A DNA stretch of 64,000 bases from a bacterium (GCA_037131105.1 JBAXRQ010000001.1:66039-130038), one strand, 5' to 3'; shown: positions 35,563 through 45,813, counted from the stretch's first letter. Numbers and translations: made by a program. The notes: generated from the sequence alone by a model not told the origin.

Positions 35563-37384
35563 AAAGAAATCGGATTCCGAGAATCCTGAGGCCAAGGCCA
35601 GGACCGGAAGAGTGCGGCGGCTGCGGCCGTGGCACTGGGTTGTAATCTCGGGACTTGCTCTCCTTATCGTGCTGGCAGGTGGCCTGACTGGCTATGCCTT
35701 TTACGTGAATACCCGCATCCTTCCCCACACCCAGATCTCCGGGGTGGAAGTCGGAGGACTTACCAAGTCTGAGGCGAGCATCCGTCTTGCCGCCAAGGAG
35801 GCTTCTTTCAAGGCGGGTACCCTCACCTTGCGCTACCAGGACAAGAGCTGGCCGGTGGCCGTGAAGGATTTGGACGTCAAGTTCCAGAACACTGCTTCCC
35901 TGGACGCTGCCTACGCCGTCGGGAAGAGCGGGGGTGCTTACGGCCAGGTAAAGGATTTTCTCGCTTCACTGGTACGGTATCGTTATTTTGAAGCTGACAT
36001 GGCGCCACTTACGCCCGCCGCTCTCAAGGGCCTTGATACTAAGGTCCTCACCACTATCGAGGTTCCTCCTACCGAGACTGGCCTGGTGCTGGTGCCTGGA
36101 AAAGTGACGGTAGCTCCCGGCAAGACTGGTCAGAAACTGAAGGTGGATGTCTTCGAGGGTTCTCTGTATCACGATTTCAAGTCTGGTGACACGAGGATCT
36201 CATTGGAGCTGGCACCCTTTGCCCCTGAGGTGACTCCGGACGAGGCTATACCGGCCCGCGACCTAGCAAGCGCAATACTGTCAGATAGTTGGAAGTTGCA
36301 GGCTGGCGACAAGGTGCTGACTATTTCTCCCCAGGATGTAGCTGGCTGGCTGACCGTCTCAGTGGCCCGTGATGCTGGCGGTCAGGCTACCGGACTTAGC
36401 GTGGCCCTTAGTAGTGACGGCCTCAGTAAGAAGGTGACTGACTTTGCTAAGACGGTGAATGTAGCTCCTGTCGACGCGCGCCTCAAGGCCGATGGTACTG
36501 GGCTGGCCATTACAGTGCCCGACAAGCCGGGGCTCACTTTGACCGCAGACACTAGTCTGACCAAACTAAAGACAGCTATCCTTGCCGGGGGTACCGGTGC
36601 GGCTCGAACCGTGGCAGCAGACGTGGTGGTGGCCCAGGCTGACCTCCGGGCCGACACTATCACCGCACTGGGTATCAAGGAACTTGTCGGTACTGGCACC
36701 ACTGACTTCTCGGGAAGTCCTTCAAACCGTATCACCAACATTGCCCGCGGGGTGGAGCTCTTGAACGGTAAGCTGGTCAAGGACGGTGAGACGTTTTCTA
36801 CGATTACCTCGCTCAGCCCTATCGACCAGGCCCATGGCTATGTCCAGGGACTGGTGATCGTGAATAACAAGACGCTGCCTGCCGACGGCGGCGGCCTCTG
36901 CCAGGTCTCTACTACCTTTTTCCGAGCGGTTCTGAACGCCGGACTACCGGTAGTGGCCCGGGCCAATCACTCCTATGAGGTCTCCTACTATCAGCGAGGC
37001 ATCGGCCCTGGTCTGGACGCCACCATCTATGACCCAAATCCAGACTTCAAGTGGAAGAATGACACCGGCCACGCCATTTACGTGCAAACCTACATCACAG
37101 GTAAGAACCTCACCTTCGAGCTCTACGGTACCAGGGACGGTAGGACGGCTGCGGTGGATGGCCCACACACCCTGCAGACCTTCGAGCCGAGCGGTGACCC
37201 TATCTATGTGAATACCGACACCCTGCCCAAGGGTACCACTAAACAGATTGATCCGCCGGTACAGGGAGCCAAAACCACTGCGACCTATACGGTGACCCGG
37301 GGCGGTACCGTGATAAATACCCAGACGTTCAACAGTTTTTATCAGGCCATGCCTGCTCAGTATCTGGTGGGGACACACGAGTAA
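35540..37384 (+). CDS. VanW-family protein with N-terminal TM and repeated beta domains
   Basis: DGGGLCQVSTTFFRAVLNAGLPVV VanW signature. Confidence 0.7.
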   Translation: MTVKLKTEKKSDSENPEAKARTGRVRRLRPWHWVVISGLALLIVLAGGLTGYAFYVNTRILPHTQISGVEVGGLTKSEASIRLAAKEASFKAGTLTLRYQDKSWPVAVKDLDVKFQNTASLDAAYAVGKSGGAYGQVKDFLASLVRYRYFEADMAPLTPAALKGLDTKVLTTIEVPPTETGLVLVPGKVTVAPGKTGQKLKVDVFEGSLYHDFKSGDTRISLELAPFAPEVTPDEAIPARDLASAILSDSWKLQAGDKVLTISPQDVAGWLTVSVARDAGGQATGLSVALSSDGLSKKVTDFAKTVNVAPVDARLKADGTGLAITVPDKPGLTLTADTSLTKLKTAILAGGTGAARTVAADVVVAQADLRADTITALGIKELVGTGTTDFSGSPSNRITNIARGVELLNGKLVKDGETFSTITSLSPIDQAHGYVQGLVIVNNKTLPADGGGLCQVSTTFFRAVLNAGLPVVARANHSYEVSYYQRGIGPGLDATIYDPNPDFKWKNDTGHAIYVQTYITGKNLTFELYGTRDGRTAAVDGPHTLQTFEPSGDPIYVNTDTLPKGTTKQIDPPVQGAKTTATYTVTRGGTVINTQTFNSFYQAMPAQYLVGTHE

Positions 37385-37413
37385 CGGCCGTAATACCGGA
37401 TTAACCCGAATAT

Positions 37414-38136
37414 ATGTCAGGACATAGCAAATGGGCAGGAATTAAGCACAAGAAGGCCCTTGTTGATGCTAAGAGGGGTAGCTCATTCACCAAACTTGCC
37501 AACAACATCACCGTTGCCGCCAAGCAGGGCGGCGGCGACCCAGTGATGAACGCGTCGCTACGGCTGGCCATTGAGAAGGCCCGTGGCGCCAACATGCCCA
37601 AGGACAACATCGAGAGGGCGGTGAAACGTGGTACAGGTGAGAGCGGCGGCGCTGCCGTCGAAGAAGTGCTCTATGAGGGCTTCGGTCCCGGTGGCGTAGC
37701 TATTTTGGTGGAGGCGCTAACTGATAACCGCAACCGCAGCAATTCTGACATCCGCAACATTTTTAATAAGAACGGCGGCCGTATGCCTGAAGGCGGAGGC
37801 ATTGCCTACCAGTTCGGCCAGAAGGGCGTCGTACGGGCTGATCTTTCCGATGCCAACCTTGATGTCTTTGAGGAGGCGGTCATCGAAAGCGGGGCCGACG
37901 ATTATACGCTGGGAGATGATTTTGCTACGGTTTACACTTCTATACCTGATTTGCATCGGGTCAAGGATGAATTGGAGGCCAAGGGCTTCAAGATCGGCTC
38001 TGCCAAGATCGAGAGGATTCCCAATCTGCCTATTGAGCTGGCTGATGAGGAGGATCTGGAAAAAGCCTTCAAACTTATCGAAGTACTAGAAGAGAATGAC
38101 GACGTGACCAACGTCTTCACGAACCTGGCCGAATGA
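37414..38136 (+). CDS. yebC: YebC/PmpR-family transcriptional regulator
   Basis: MSGHSKWAGIKHKKALVDAKRG. Confidence 0.9.
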   Translation: MSGHSKWAGIKHKKALVDAKRGSSFTKLANNITVAAKQGGGDPVMNASLRLAIEKARGANMPKDNIERAVKRGTGESGGAAVEEVLYEGFGPGGVAILVEALTDNRNRSNSDIRNIFNKNGGRMPEGGGIAYQFGQKGVVRADLSDANLDVFEEAVIESGADDYTLGDDFATVYTSIPDLHRVKDELEAKGFKIGSAKIERIPNLPIELADEEDLEKAFKLIEVLEENDDVTNVFTNLAE

Positions 38137-38618
38137 TAATCCTGGGGCTGGATCCCGGTACTGCCATCGTCGGCTGGGGGGTAATCGATACTGGTCCCCG
38201 CAACGACGTCTCATCCGCAGTGTGCGTGGCATACGACTGCATACTTACTGACAAGGGGCTCTCGGACAGCCGTCGGCTGGTGGCTATCGCTTCCGGACTT
38301 GAAGGTCTGCTGAAGCAGTACACTCCGGATCTGGTTTCGGTGGAGAAGCTGTTCTTTGCTAAAAACCAAACTACGGTCATGACCGTCTCCCAGGCCCGCG
38401 GCGTCCTGCTGCTTGGGATTGAGCAGCAGGGAATTCCGCTGGTAGAGTTTACGCCGCTCCAGGTAAAACAGGCGCTCACTGGCTATGGGAAGGCTGACAA
38501 GTCCCAGATCCAGAACATGGTGAAGCTGCTGCTGAAGCTGCCGGGAATACCGAAGCCGGATGACGCGGCTGACGCCTTGGCTATCGCCATTACCGCCGCC
38601 CAAACCCAGAAGTACTAG
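38133..38618 (+). CDS. ruvC: crossover junction endodeoxyribonuclease
   Basis: IILGLDPGTAIVGWGVID. Confidence 0.9.
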   Translation: MIILGLDPGTAIVGWGVIDTGPRNDVSSAVCVAYDCILTDKGLSDSRRLVAIASGLEGLLKQYTPDLVSVEKLFFAKNQTTVMTVSQARGVLLLGIEQQGIPLVEFTPLQVKQALTGYGKADKSQIQNMVKLLLKLPGIPKPDDAADALAIAITAAQTQKY

Positions 38619-39535
38619 GGTTTTTCCGTCTCCACAGTAAAGTGGTCTCCATACAAAACCAGATGTATGCGTCCTTGGGTATCAGTACGATAGGTCGGTA
38701 TGTGGGCGGCTGCAAGCTTGGCGATGGTCGAAGGGGCTGGGTGTCCGTAGGAGTTCTTGAGGCCTACCGGTATGACTGCGACCTGTGGTGCTACGGCGGC
38801 TAGGAATGGCGGCGAGAGGCCGGTAGCCGATCCGTGATGAGGAGTTTGTAGGACGGTAGCCGAAAGGGTGCAGTCTGGCGGGGGACAGGTTTCGAGCATC
38901 TGTTTCTCGTGGGTCTCGTTTAGATCCCCTATCAGAAAGAGTGATTCGCCGTGAAAGCTGACTTTGACCGATACGGTAGCATCGTGTTGGTCGCCCGGAA
39001 GACTGCCGGTCATATCGGTCAGGGGGTGGTAGACCTGTAGGGTAAGCTGACCGAAGACTGTCGTCGGCGGGCAAGGGGTACCTGCTACACAGTCGGCCGC
39101 CTTGAAGAAGCGGGTTTGTACGGGGACCTGGTGTTGGCTGATCTCTTTTTGGAAGGCCCTGAAGTCAGCAGTGGCGTACAGGGCTCCGGAAACCCAGATC
39201 TCCTTAACCGTATAACGCTGAAGTACTGTGATAAGGCCGCGCAAGTGGTCACTGTGATTATGGGAGAGAATGACTAGGTCGATGCTGCGGTCCCAGGCAG
39301 GCACTACGTCGCCTAGCTGGGTAAGCACCGAGTCGTCGGGCCCGCCGTCGTAAAGTATTTTCTTCCCGCTCGGCTCGTGGATAAGTACGCTTTCACCCTG
39401 ACCAACATCAAGTACCCAGGCATCCAGTGCTGGAGCGGCGGCGTAGTGAGGCCTGAGGCTGGCAAAGGTCCAGACTACTGCACAGAAGATGCAGAAGAAC
39501 AGGAGTGAGAGCTTGGTGATGGATTTCCGAGGCAT
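38615..39535 (-). CDS. comEC: ComEC/Rec2 C-terminal metallo-beta-lactamase domain (separate ORF)
   Basis: LDVGQGESVLI...LYDGG, SHNHSDH; no SD before the ATG; 8 nt from the upstream ORF in a different frame. Confidence 0.7.
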   Translation of the reverse strand: MPRKSITKLSLLFFCIFCAVVWTFASLRPHYAAAPALDAWVLDVGQGESVLIHEPSGKKILYDGGPDDSVLTQLGDVVPAWDRSIDLVILSHNHSDHLRGLITVLQRYTVKEIWVSGALYATADFRAFQKEISQHQVPVQTRFFKAADCVAGTPCPPTTVFGQLTLQVYHPLTDMTGSLPGDQHDATVSVKVSFHGESLFLIGDLNETHEKQMLETCPPPDCTLSATVLQTPHHGSATGLSPPFLAAVAPQVAVIPVGLKNSYGHPAPSTIAKLAAAHIPTYRTDTQGRIHLVLYGDHFTVETEKP

Positions 39536-39543
39536 AGTGGGGA

Positions 39544-40896
39544 CTAAGACGTGTGGATGACGCCGAACTGAACCTTTCCGAAGCTGCTGATGACCGAAAG
39601 CACTGCATGCAGCAGTATCCAGAGCGGCAATCTCATTGCCAGCATAATAGCAGGGATCCAGCCCAGTGCAGCAATAATAAGTCCGAGCACGGTGATGGCC
39701 GGCAGCAGCCAGAGAATGAGCGGATTGACGATGAGGCCAAGGAGTGAAAGCTGGTGGAACAGAAGTAATGAAAGCGGCGCAGTACCTAGAGTGGCTGCCG
39801 TCGTCTCTGCCAGGGCTGACTTGATCGGCTCTGGCCAGACCTTCGTGGGCTTGTAACGGTCGAGAAAGCTGTTTATGGGACCACTCAAGTAGAGAAGTCC
39901 AGCGAAGGCGGCAAACGACAGCTGAAAGCCGGGGTCAGCAGCCAGAAGTAATGGATTTCCCAGTACGAGCACGGTCATGGACAGTAAGAGAAACGGGGTC
40001 GCCCAAGCTTTTCGGGAGCGAAGCCTCAGGAATCTTCCAAGACATGCCACAAAGGCTCCTCGCATGACGCTGGCTGAGGCGCCAGTAAGTAGTGTCATGA
40101 ATAGGCTCAAGCCAACGACCATATGGAACTGGCGCCTAGCACAGTAGACCGGAAGTACTGATATCAGGATATCAAGCAGGATGGTGATGTTGGCACCGCT
40201 GATGGCGACGATGTGCGAGGTGCCGGTCTGACGCAGGTCGGCCTGGATCTGCTCAGGGATGGATCCTTTGCTGCCGAGTAGTATGCCGGCCAGCAGGCTG
40301 GCTTCCGGCTCTGGTATAGTGGCCTGAACGCGAGATTCTACCCCGTCTTTGAGACGGTACAGTGCGGCGAGTACGGGACTGCCGCGGTTATGGGAGATGA
40401 GTCTCAGCTTCTCTGGTCGACTGACGATGCCGGTGATGCCGAATCGCTCCAAATAGAGCGGATAGTTAAAGCTGTTAAAGGGTTTGGGAGCTTCGACGGC
40501 TCCCTCCCACTGTACGAGGTCTCCGTATGCCCAGGTAGGGTAGCGGTCGGCCCTGATCAGCAGTTTGGTAGGCGGTCCGTTGTCGACTACCCGTACGGTC
40601 AGCTGGATAGCTGTCGCCCTCACATCGGGCGGCTCGCTGATAATGCCGGTGAGCGTACCGTTTGTCCCTGCCAATGAGGCCTGGTGTAAAAGTCTCCAGG
40701 CTGATATGTAAACATGGCCTGCCGTCAAAAAGCCCAGGCAGAGGGCCAGACTTCTAGCCTTTCTATTATGAAATAGAACGGAGATCACCAGGAAGGCAGC
40801 CCCTAGCAGGAGTGAGGGACCGATGGGGTCGGGAGCCTGAAAGGACCCGGTAAGCACCCCGATAAGGAAGCTGGCGAGAGAGATAGTGAGGTACAT
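39544..40896 (-). CDS. comEC: ComEC/Rec2 membrane part (DUF4131 + competence domain)
   Basis: polytopic; TSHIVAISGANITIL competence-domain motif. Confidence 0.75.
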   Translation of the reverse strand: MYLTISLASFLIGVLTGSFQAPDPIGPSLLLGAAFLVISVLFHNRKARSLALCLGFLTAGHVYISAWRLLHQASLAGTNGTLTGIISEPPDVRATAIQLTVRVVDNGPPTKLLIRADRYPTWAYGDLVQWEGAVEAPKPFNSFNYPLYLERFGITGIVSRPEKLRLISHNRGSPVLAALYRLKDGVESRVQATIPEPEASLLAGILLGSKGSIPEQIQADLRQTGTSHIVAISGANITILLDILISVLPVYCARRQFHMVVGLSLFMTLLTGASASVMRGAFVACLGRFLRLRSRKAWATPFLLLSMTVLVLGNPLLLAADPGFQLSFAAFAGLLYLSGPINSFLDRYKPTKVWPEPIKSALAETTAATLGTAPLSLLLFHQLSLLGLIVNPLILWLLPAITVLGLIIAALGWIPAIMLAMRLPLWILLHAVLSVISSFGKVQFGVIHTS

Positions 40897-41010
40897 GCGC
40901 TCACCTTAGTTTGCAGGGACATGCCCGACAAGCTAGTTTGCAGAGTAGTAAATCAACACTAGGTCGAGGGCAGCTTTGTAAGCGGGGATCGGCATGCGGA
41001 GTGGTATTCA

Positions 41011-41039
41011 TTGACAGACTCACCTGTCGGGACGATAAT
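41011..41039 (+). promoter_or_regulatory. consensus sigma70 promoter TTGACA-17-GATAAT for the pilin gene
   Basis: perfect -35 and near-perfect -10 hexamers. Confidence 0.55.
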
Positions 41040-41059
41040 AGTCTCAAGTAGCTATCTCT

Positions 41060-41815
41060 ATGTCCTTGCGCATTCGAACGAAGATGACCGGCTTCACTCT
41101 CATTGAGCTTGTTTTGATTGTGGCTATCGTCGGTATCCTGGCTACTCTTGGAGTCCAGAGCTATGACGGTGCCCGCACTAGGGCCTATAATACGAATCTT
41201 CGAGGTAGCGTGGGCGAGTACTCCCAGGCTATGGATCTGTATTATGCTCAGAGCCACACCTACTTTGTGACCTGGGCGGGAGCGGGTGCGACCACCTGTG
41301 AGGCTCCTTACGACCTTGGTAAAGTTGAGAAAATATCCGGAACGCCGTGGGGTTATACCCTGCAGGGCTATGGTAACGGTTCGCCTACCTGCGTAGGATT
41401 GGATGGTGGCAGCCAGGGCAGGATGACCCGTTCACATATCCATGGCACCACTATTGCACTGGGATCCAGCCGTGGCGGTGGTATGATCTTGCAGTTCAAC
41501 CACGCCTATGACAACTACTCCATTGCCGACGCCTTGGTCTCACAGGGTGTCCTTAAGGAGGTAAGGGCCTATCCGGGGGTCGATTCCTTTCAGGAAGACT
41601 CGCCCGACTTTGTCCTTACTCTCTGTAATGCCCAGGGTCAGCAGGCCACCGGTAAGGCCGACGCACTTAACTTCGCGGTCTATGCTAGTCTGAAGGGGGC
41701 CGCTACATCTGTTGATACCAGCAAGGTCCATAGCCTGTGCGGCAGCGCGGACACCCGTTACGGCTGGAATTACGTCGAAGACTGGGAAGACGCTGACCTT
41801 CCTCCTGCCCCGTAA
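41060..41815 (+). CDS. type IV pilin (prepilin with class III leader), 251 aa
   Basis: leader then G|FTLIELVLIVAIVGILATL prepilin cleavage/methylation motif. Confidence 0.75.
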   Translation: MSLRIRTKMTGFTLIELVLIVAIVGILATLGVQSYDGARTRAYNTNLRGSVGEYSQAMDLYYAQSHTYFVTWAGAGATTCEAPYDLGKVEKISGTPWGYTLQGYGNGSPTCVGLDGGSQGRMTRSHIHGTTIALGSSRGGGMILQFNHAYDNYSIADALVSQGVLKEVRAYPGVDSFQEDSPDFVLTLCNAQGQQATGKADALNFAVYASLKGAATSVDTSKVHSLCGSADTRYGWNYVEDWEDADLPPAP

Positions 41816-41844
41816 AGAAGTACGAGGGCTCTGCTGATTTTTTG

Positions 41845-41874
41845 CTTGACAAAATGTCAAGTATACTTTACATT
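41845..41874 (+). promoter_or_regulatory. promoter TTGACA-17-TACATT overlapped by the perfect palindrome CTTGACA-AAA-TGTCAAG
   Basis: upstream of grpE-dnaK-dnaJ. Confidence 0.5.
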
Positions 41875-41900
41875 TTAAGGGATCACTCATAACCCGTCCC

Positions 41901-42401
41901 ATGTCCAGTAAGAAGCCCGTCGAACCTGATATGCAGCCTGAGGAGGTACTTATTTCCGAGCCCCAGGAGCCAGATTACCAGGATCTTTGGCAGCGGGCGG
42001 TGGCTGAGCAGCAGAACGCCCAGAAGCGGTTTGAGACCGAAAAGCAGAACCAGGCCCGTTACTCCAAACAAGGCCTGATTGACTCACTGCTGCCGGTAGT
42101 CGATAACTTCTATAGGGCTACTGAGCATGTCCCAACCGAGCTGGAGGGCTCTCCCTGGGTGGCTGGCATTCTCTACATCCAGAAGAACCTTTTGGACGTA
42201 CTGGAGGGTGAAGGCGTAGCTGAGATATCTGCCAAGGCCGGCGATCAGTTTGATCCTCATCTGCATGAGGCCATCGGCGTCGTGCATGAGCCGGCTCAGC
42301 CTGACGATGTGATCACTGAGATCAAGAACAAGGGCTATAAGCTGCATGACCGGATCCTCCGGCCGGTGCAGGTTATCGTCAATCATCATTCTACAAACTA
42401 A
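41901..42401 (+). CDS. grpE: nucleotide exchange factor GrpE
   Basis: DNFYRATEHV...FDPHLHEAIG. Confidence 0.85.
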   Translation: MSSKKPVEPDMQPEEVLISEPQEPDYQDLWQRAVAEQQNAQKRFETEKQNQARYSKQGLIDSLLPVVDNFYRATEHVPTELEGSPWVAGILYIQKNLLDVLEGEGVAEISAKAGDQFDPHLHEAIGVVHEPAQPDDVITEIKNKGYKLHDRILRPVQVIVNHHSTN

Positions 42402-42413
42402 TAAAACAGCCTT

Positions 42414-44321
42414 ATGGCAAAAGTAATCGGCATCGACCTCGGTACCACCAACTCATGTGTAGCCGTCATGGAAGGCGGCACCGCTAAGGTAATTCCATCC
42501 GCTGAAGGCGCTAATACCGTCCCTTCTATCGTCGCCGTCAAAAAGGACGGGGAGCGGGTAGTTGGTACTCCGGCCAAGCGCCAGGGCGTCACCAACCCTG
42601 CTAACACCATCTTCTCGGTAAAGCGCTTCATCGGCCGTCACTTTGCCGACAAGGAGACCCAGGAGGACGCCAAGCGGGTCCCATATAAGATTGCCAAGGG
42701 TAAGAACGACGCCGTCGAGGTGGTCATGGGCGACAAGGAGTACACTCCCCAGGAAATCTCCGCATTTATCCTCCAGAAACTGAAGGCTGACGCCGAGGCC
42801 TATCTTGGTACTACGGTCACCGAGGCGGTCATTACCGTTCCCGCCTACTTTAATGACGCCCAGCGTCAGGCTACCAAGGACGCCGGTAAGATCGCTGGCC
42901 TTGAGGTGAAGCGCATCATCAACGAGCCTACTGCCGCCGCCCTGGCCTACGGTATCGAACGCAAGAAGGACGAGAAGATTGCTGTCTATGACCTGGGAGG
43001 CGGAACCTTCGACATCACAATCCTGGAGCTGGGCAGCCATGAGGGCGAGTCCTCCTTTGAGGTGCTTTCCACCAACGGCGACACCCACCTTGGCGGTGAT
43101 GACTTTGACAAGGCCCTGATGGATTATATCCTGGCCGAGTTTAAGACCCAGGAAGGCAGCGACCTTTCCAGTCAGGTAGACGCTATCCAGCGCGTCAAGG
43201 AAGCTGCAGAGAAGGCCAAGATTGAGCTCTCCAACGCTACTGAGACTGAGATCAACCTACCTTTCATTACCGCGGACGCCTCCGGTCCTAAGCACCTGGT
43301 GCTGAAGCTGACCCGGGCCAAGCTTGAGCAGCTGACTGAGACCTTGGTGCAGCGTTCCATTGAGCCGCTTAAGAAGGCTTTGAAGGACGCCAAACTGGAG
43401 CCTAAGGACATTGACGAGGTGATCTTGGTGGGCGGCCAGACTCGCATGCCTAAGGTCGTTGAAGAGGTCCGTGCCTTCTTCGGCAAGGAACCCAACCGCT
43501 CAGTAAACCCTGACGAGGCAGTCGCCCTCGGCGCTGCTATCCAGGCTGGTGTACTCTCAGGAGACGTCAAGGACATCCTGCTGCTGGACGTTACCCCGCT
43601 TTCCCTGGGAATCGAAACCATGGGCGGCGTCATGACCAAACTGATCGAGCGCAATACCACCATTCCTACTTCAAAGAGCCAGGTATTCTCTACTGCCGCA
43701 GACAACCAGACCCAGGTAGAGGTCCACGTACTGCAAGGTGAGCGCGAGATGGCTGCGGACAACCGTACCTTGGCCCGCTTTACCCTCGATGGCATCCCAC
43801 CGGCACCCCGTGGTGTGCCTCAGGTAGAAGTAAGCTTTGACATCGACGCCAACGGCATCGCCCATGTAAAGGCGGTCGACAAGGCTACTAACAAAGAACA
43901 GAAGGTTACTATCACCGCCTCCAGCGGTCTGTCCGAGGAAGAGGTGGAGAAGATGCGTCAGGACGCTGAGGTGCACGCCGAGGACGACCGTAAAAAGAAG
44001 GAGCTGGTCGAGGTTCGCAATGACGCCGACAGCCTGATCTACACGGCAGAAAAGACCCTGCGCGAGGCCGGCGACAAGGCCAAGCAGGAGGATAAGCGGG
44101 CCGTAGAGGACGCCGTAGCTGAACTGAAGAGTGTGCACGGCAATGAGGACGTCGAGGCCATCAAGGCCAAGCTGAACGTCCTGAGCGAGAAGCTGCAGGT
44201 AGTTGGCGCCGCCATGTACCAGCAGGCCCAGGAAGAAGGCGCCACTGAGGAGCCAAAGGCTGACACCGAAGAGTCCAAGAAGGATGAGGAGAAGGGCGAC
44301 GACGAACCCCATAAAGAGTAG
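42414..44321 (+). CDS. dnaK: molecular chaperone DnaK
   Basis: [23 protein letters not shown]-terminal EEVEKM. Confidence 0.97.
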   Translation: MAKVIGIDLGTTNSCVAVMEGGTAKVIPSAEGANTVPSIVAVKKDGERVVGTPAKRQGVTNPANTIFSVKRFIGRHFADKETQEDAKRVPYKIAKGKNDAVEVVMGDKEYTPQEISAFILQKLKADAEAYLGTTVTEAVITVPAYFNDAQRQATKDAGKIAGLEVKRIINEPTAAALAYGIERKKDEKIAVYDLGGGTFDITILELGSHEGESSFEVLSTNGDTHLGGDDFDKALMDYILAEFKTQEGSDLSSQVDAIQRVKEAAEKAKIELSNATETEINLPFITADASGPKHLVLKLTRAKLEQLTETLVQRSIEPLKKALKDAKLEPKDIDEVILVGGQTRMPKVVEEVRAFFGKEPNRSVNPDEAVALGAAIQAGVLSGDVKDILLLDVTPLSLGIETMGGVMTKLIERNTTIPTSKSQVFSTAADNQTQVEVHVLQGEREMAADNRTLARFTLDGIPPAPRGVPQVEVSFDIDANGIAHVKAVDKATNKEQKVTITASSGLSEEEVEKMRQDAEVHAEDDRKKKELVEVRNDADSLIYTAEKTLREAGDKAKQEDKRAVEDAVAELKSVHGNEDVEAIKAKLNVLSEKLQVVGAAMYQQAQEEGATEEPKADTEESKKDEEKGDDEPHKE

Positions 44322-44326
44322 TTCCG

Positions 44327-44905
44327 GTGGCCGCTGACGATTATTACGGCTTGCTAGGGGTCGCAAAGGGCGCCAGTCCTGATGAGATAAAGAAAGCCTT
44401 CAGGAAGAAGGCCCATGAGCTGCATCCTGACAAAGGGGGTGATGCCGAGGCCTTCAAGAAGGTAAACGAGGCCTACCAGGTACTTTCTGATCCCCAGAAG
44501 AAAGCCCAATACGACGCTTACGGCACCGCCGGCCCTCAGGGCTACGGAGGCGGAGGAGGCTTCGACGGATCCGACTTCGGAGGGGGATTCGGATTTGGCG
44601 GGGGATTTGCCGATATATTCTCCGATATGTTTGGCGCTGCCATGGCAAACATCCAGGCTGAAGTTGACATTTCAGTGCCCCAGGCGGTATTGGGTGACCA
44701 TATTGAACTGCGGGTAGGGGACGAGCGTCTGCGCTTGGAAATTCCAGCCGGATGCCAGGACGGCTCCCAGCTGGTATTCCGTGGAAAAGGGCGCCAGCAT
44801 CAGCGCGGCCGGGGGGATCTTACTATTATTATTCGGGTCGTAGTGCCGCGTCGCCTTTCCCGCCGTCAAAAAGAACTCTACGAAGAGTTGAAGAAACTAG
44901 GGTAA
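44327..44905 (+). CDS. dnaJ: short J-domain protein (DnaJ-like, Gly/Phe-rich, no zinc-finger domain)
   Basis: DYYGLLGV...HPDK J-domain, G/F-rich linker, 192 aa total. Confidence 0.75.
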   Translation: MAADDYYGLLGVAKGASPDEIKKAFRKKAHELHPDKGGDAEAFKKVNEAYQVLSDPQKKAQYDAYGTAGPQGYGGGGGFDGSDFGGGFGFGGGFADIFSDMFGAAMANIQAEVDISVPQAVLGDHIELRVGDERLRLEIPAGCQDGSQLVFRGKGRQHQRGRGDLTIIIRVVVPRRLSRRQKELYEELKKLG

Positions 44906-44924
44906 TGCCGCATACTAGGGGCAT

Positions 44925-45431
44925 ATGAATCTTCTCACCTGGGATACCGGGATCATTGCCTCGCTTGGTCTACTCTTGGCCTACAGCCTACTTATTCGTA
45001 AGCATAAGTCGCTGGCCACATTGGTGAGCGTCTACGCCGGGTATGTTATGGCTGCCGCTTGGGGAGCCACTATTACTCAGTTATTTACAGGTGACAGGGT
45101 CATCTTTAGCTCAGTGTGGATCAAGGCCAATGCTTCACCCTGGGTGGTACAGTCCTTTTTACTGGTTCTGGTCGCCTTTTTGCTTTCTTCGTTCATTAAG
45201 CTGGGGGGCCGTCGAGCACGGTATTCGGCTGTAGAGGTAACTGCCTATGCAATAGCTACTTTAGCACTTGCCGTCGCCTGTATTGTAGGATTTATGCCTC
45301 CTCCCGTCCTTGCCCATGCTGAGGCAGGTTCCAAGATTTTGCCGTATATCTACCAGTTCCGGCCCTGGATCATGGTGGTACCAGTGTTTGTGATTATTTT
45401 CTTCGGAATTTACTCTAACGAAGACAACTAA
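44925..45431 (+). CDS. hypothetical membrane protein (4 TM)
   Basis: hydrophobic profile. Confidence 0.45.
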   Translation: MNLLTWDTGIIASLGLLLAYSLLIRKHKSLATLVSVYAGYVMAAAWGATITQLFTGDRVIFSSVWIKANASPWVVQSFLLVLVAFLLSSFIKLGGRRARYSAVEVTAYAIATLALAVACIVGFMPPPVLAHAEAGSKILPYIYQFRPWIMVVPVFVIIFFGIYSNEDN

Positions 45432-45605
45432 CTAGACCTGGGCGGGTTTTTCAGATATGGTACGGGGGTAATCCCGTGATGCAGAACGTTCACTCGGGTC
45501 GTACTCGCAGCTATGCTGCTCGTGGGTCTGTCTACGCACTGCGTGCGTAGCCTCCCTCGCTCGGACCAAGCTGTCCAAGCAAGCTTGACAGCTTTCTCCT
45601 CACTC

Positions 45606-45680
45606 GGGTCTGTAGCTCAATGGTAGAGCAGTGGCCTTTTAAGCCATTGGTTGTGGGTTCGAGTCCCACCGGACCCACCA
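45606..45680 (+). tRNA. tRNA-Lys (anticodon TTT), CCA encoded
   Basis: manual cloverleaf; anticodon loop CTTTTAA; T-loop TTCGAGT. Confidence 0.9.
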
Positions 45681-45775
45681 CAAGTATGCCCTCAGAAAAC
45701 TGATCGACTCAAGGGAGCCTGTCTACAGTATCCCTCCGGGATACGTCTCAAAAGTTTTCTGAGGGCATACTTGTG
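45679..45775. repeat. 23-bp perfect inverted repeat with a 51-nt spacer, starting at the tRNA-Lys 3' end
   Basis: cacaagtatgccctcagaaaact ... agttttctgagggcatacttgtg; spacer has its own small hairpin tatccc-tcc-gggata. Confidence 0.75.
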
Positions 45776-45813
45776 GTGTGAAAAGGGGACTCAAACCCGT
45801 GGGCGAAGCCGGC

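Noticed and set aside
42453-44366. Long antisense ORFs inside dnaK (42453..43088 -, 43172..43795 -, 43671..44366 -)
   Set aside because: They are opposite an unmistakable dnaK and are typical high-GC antisense artefacts.
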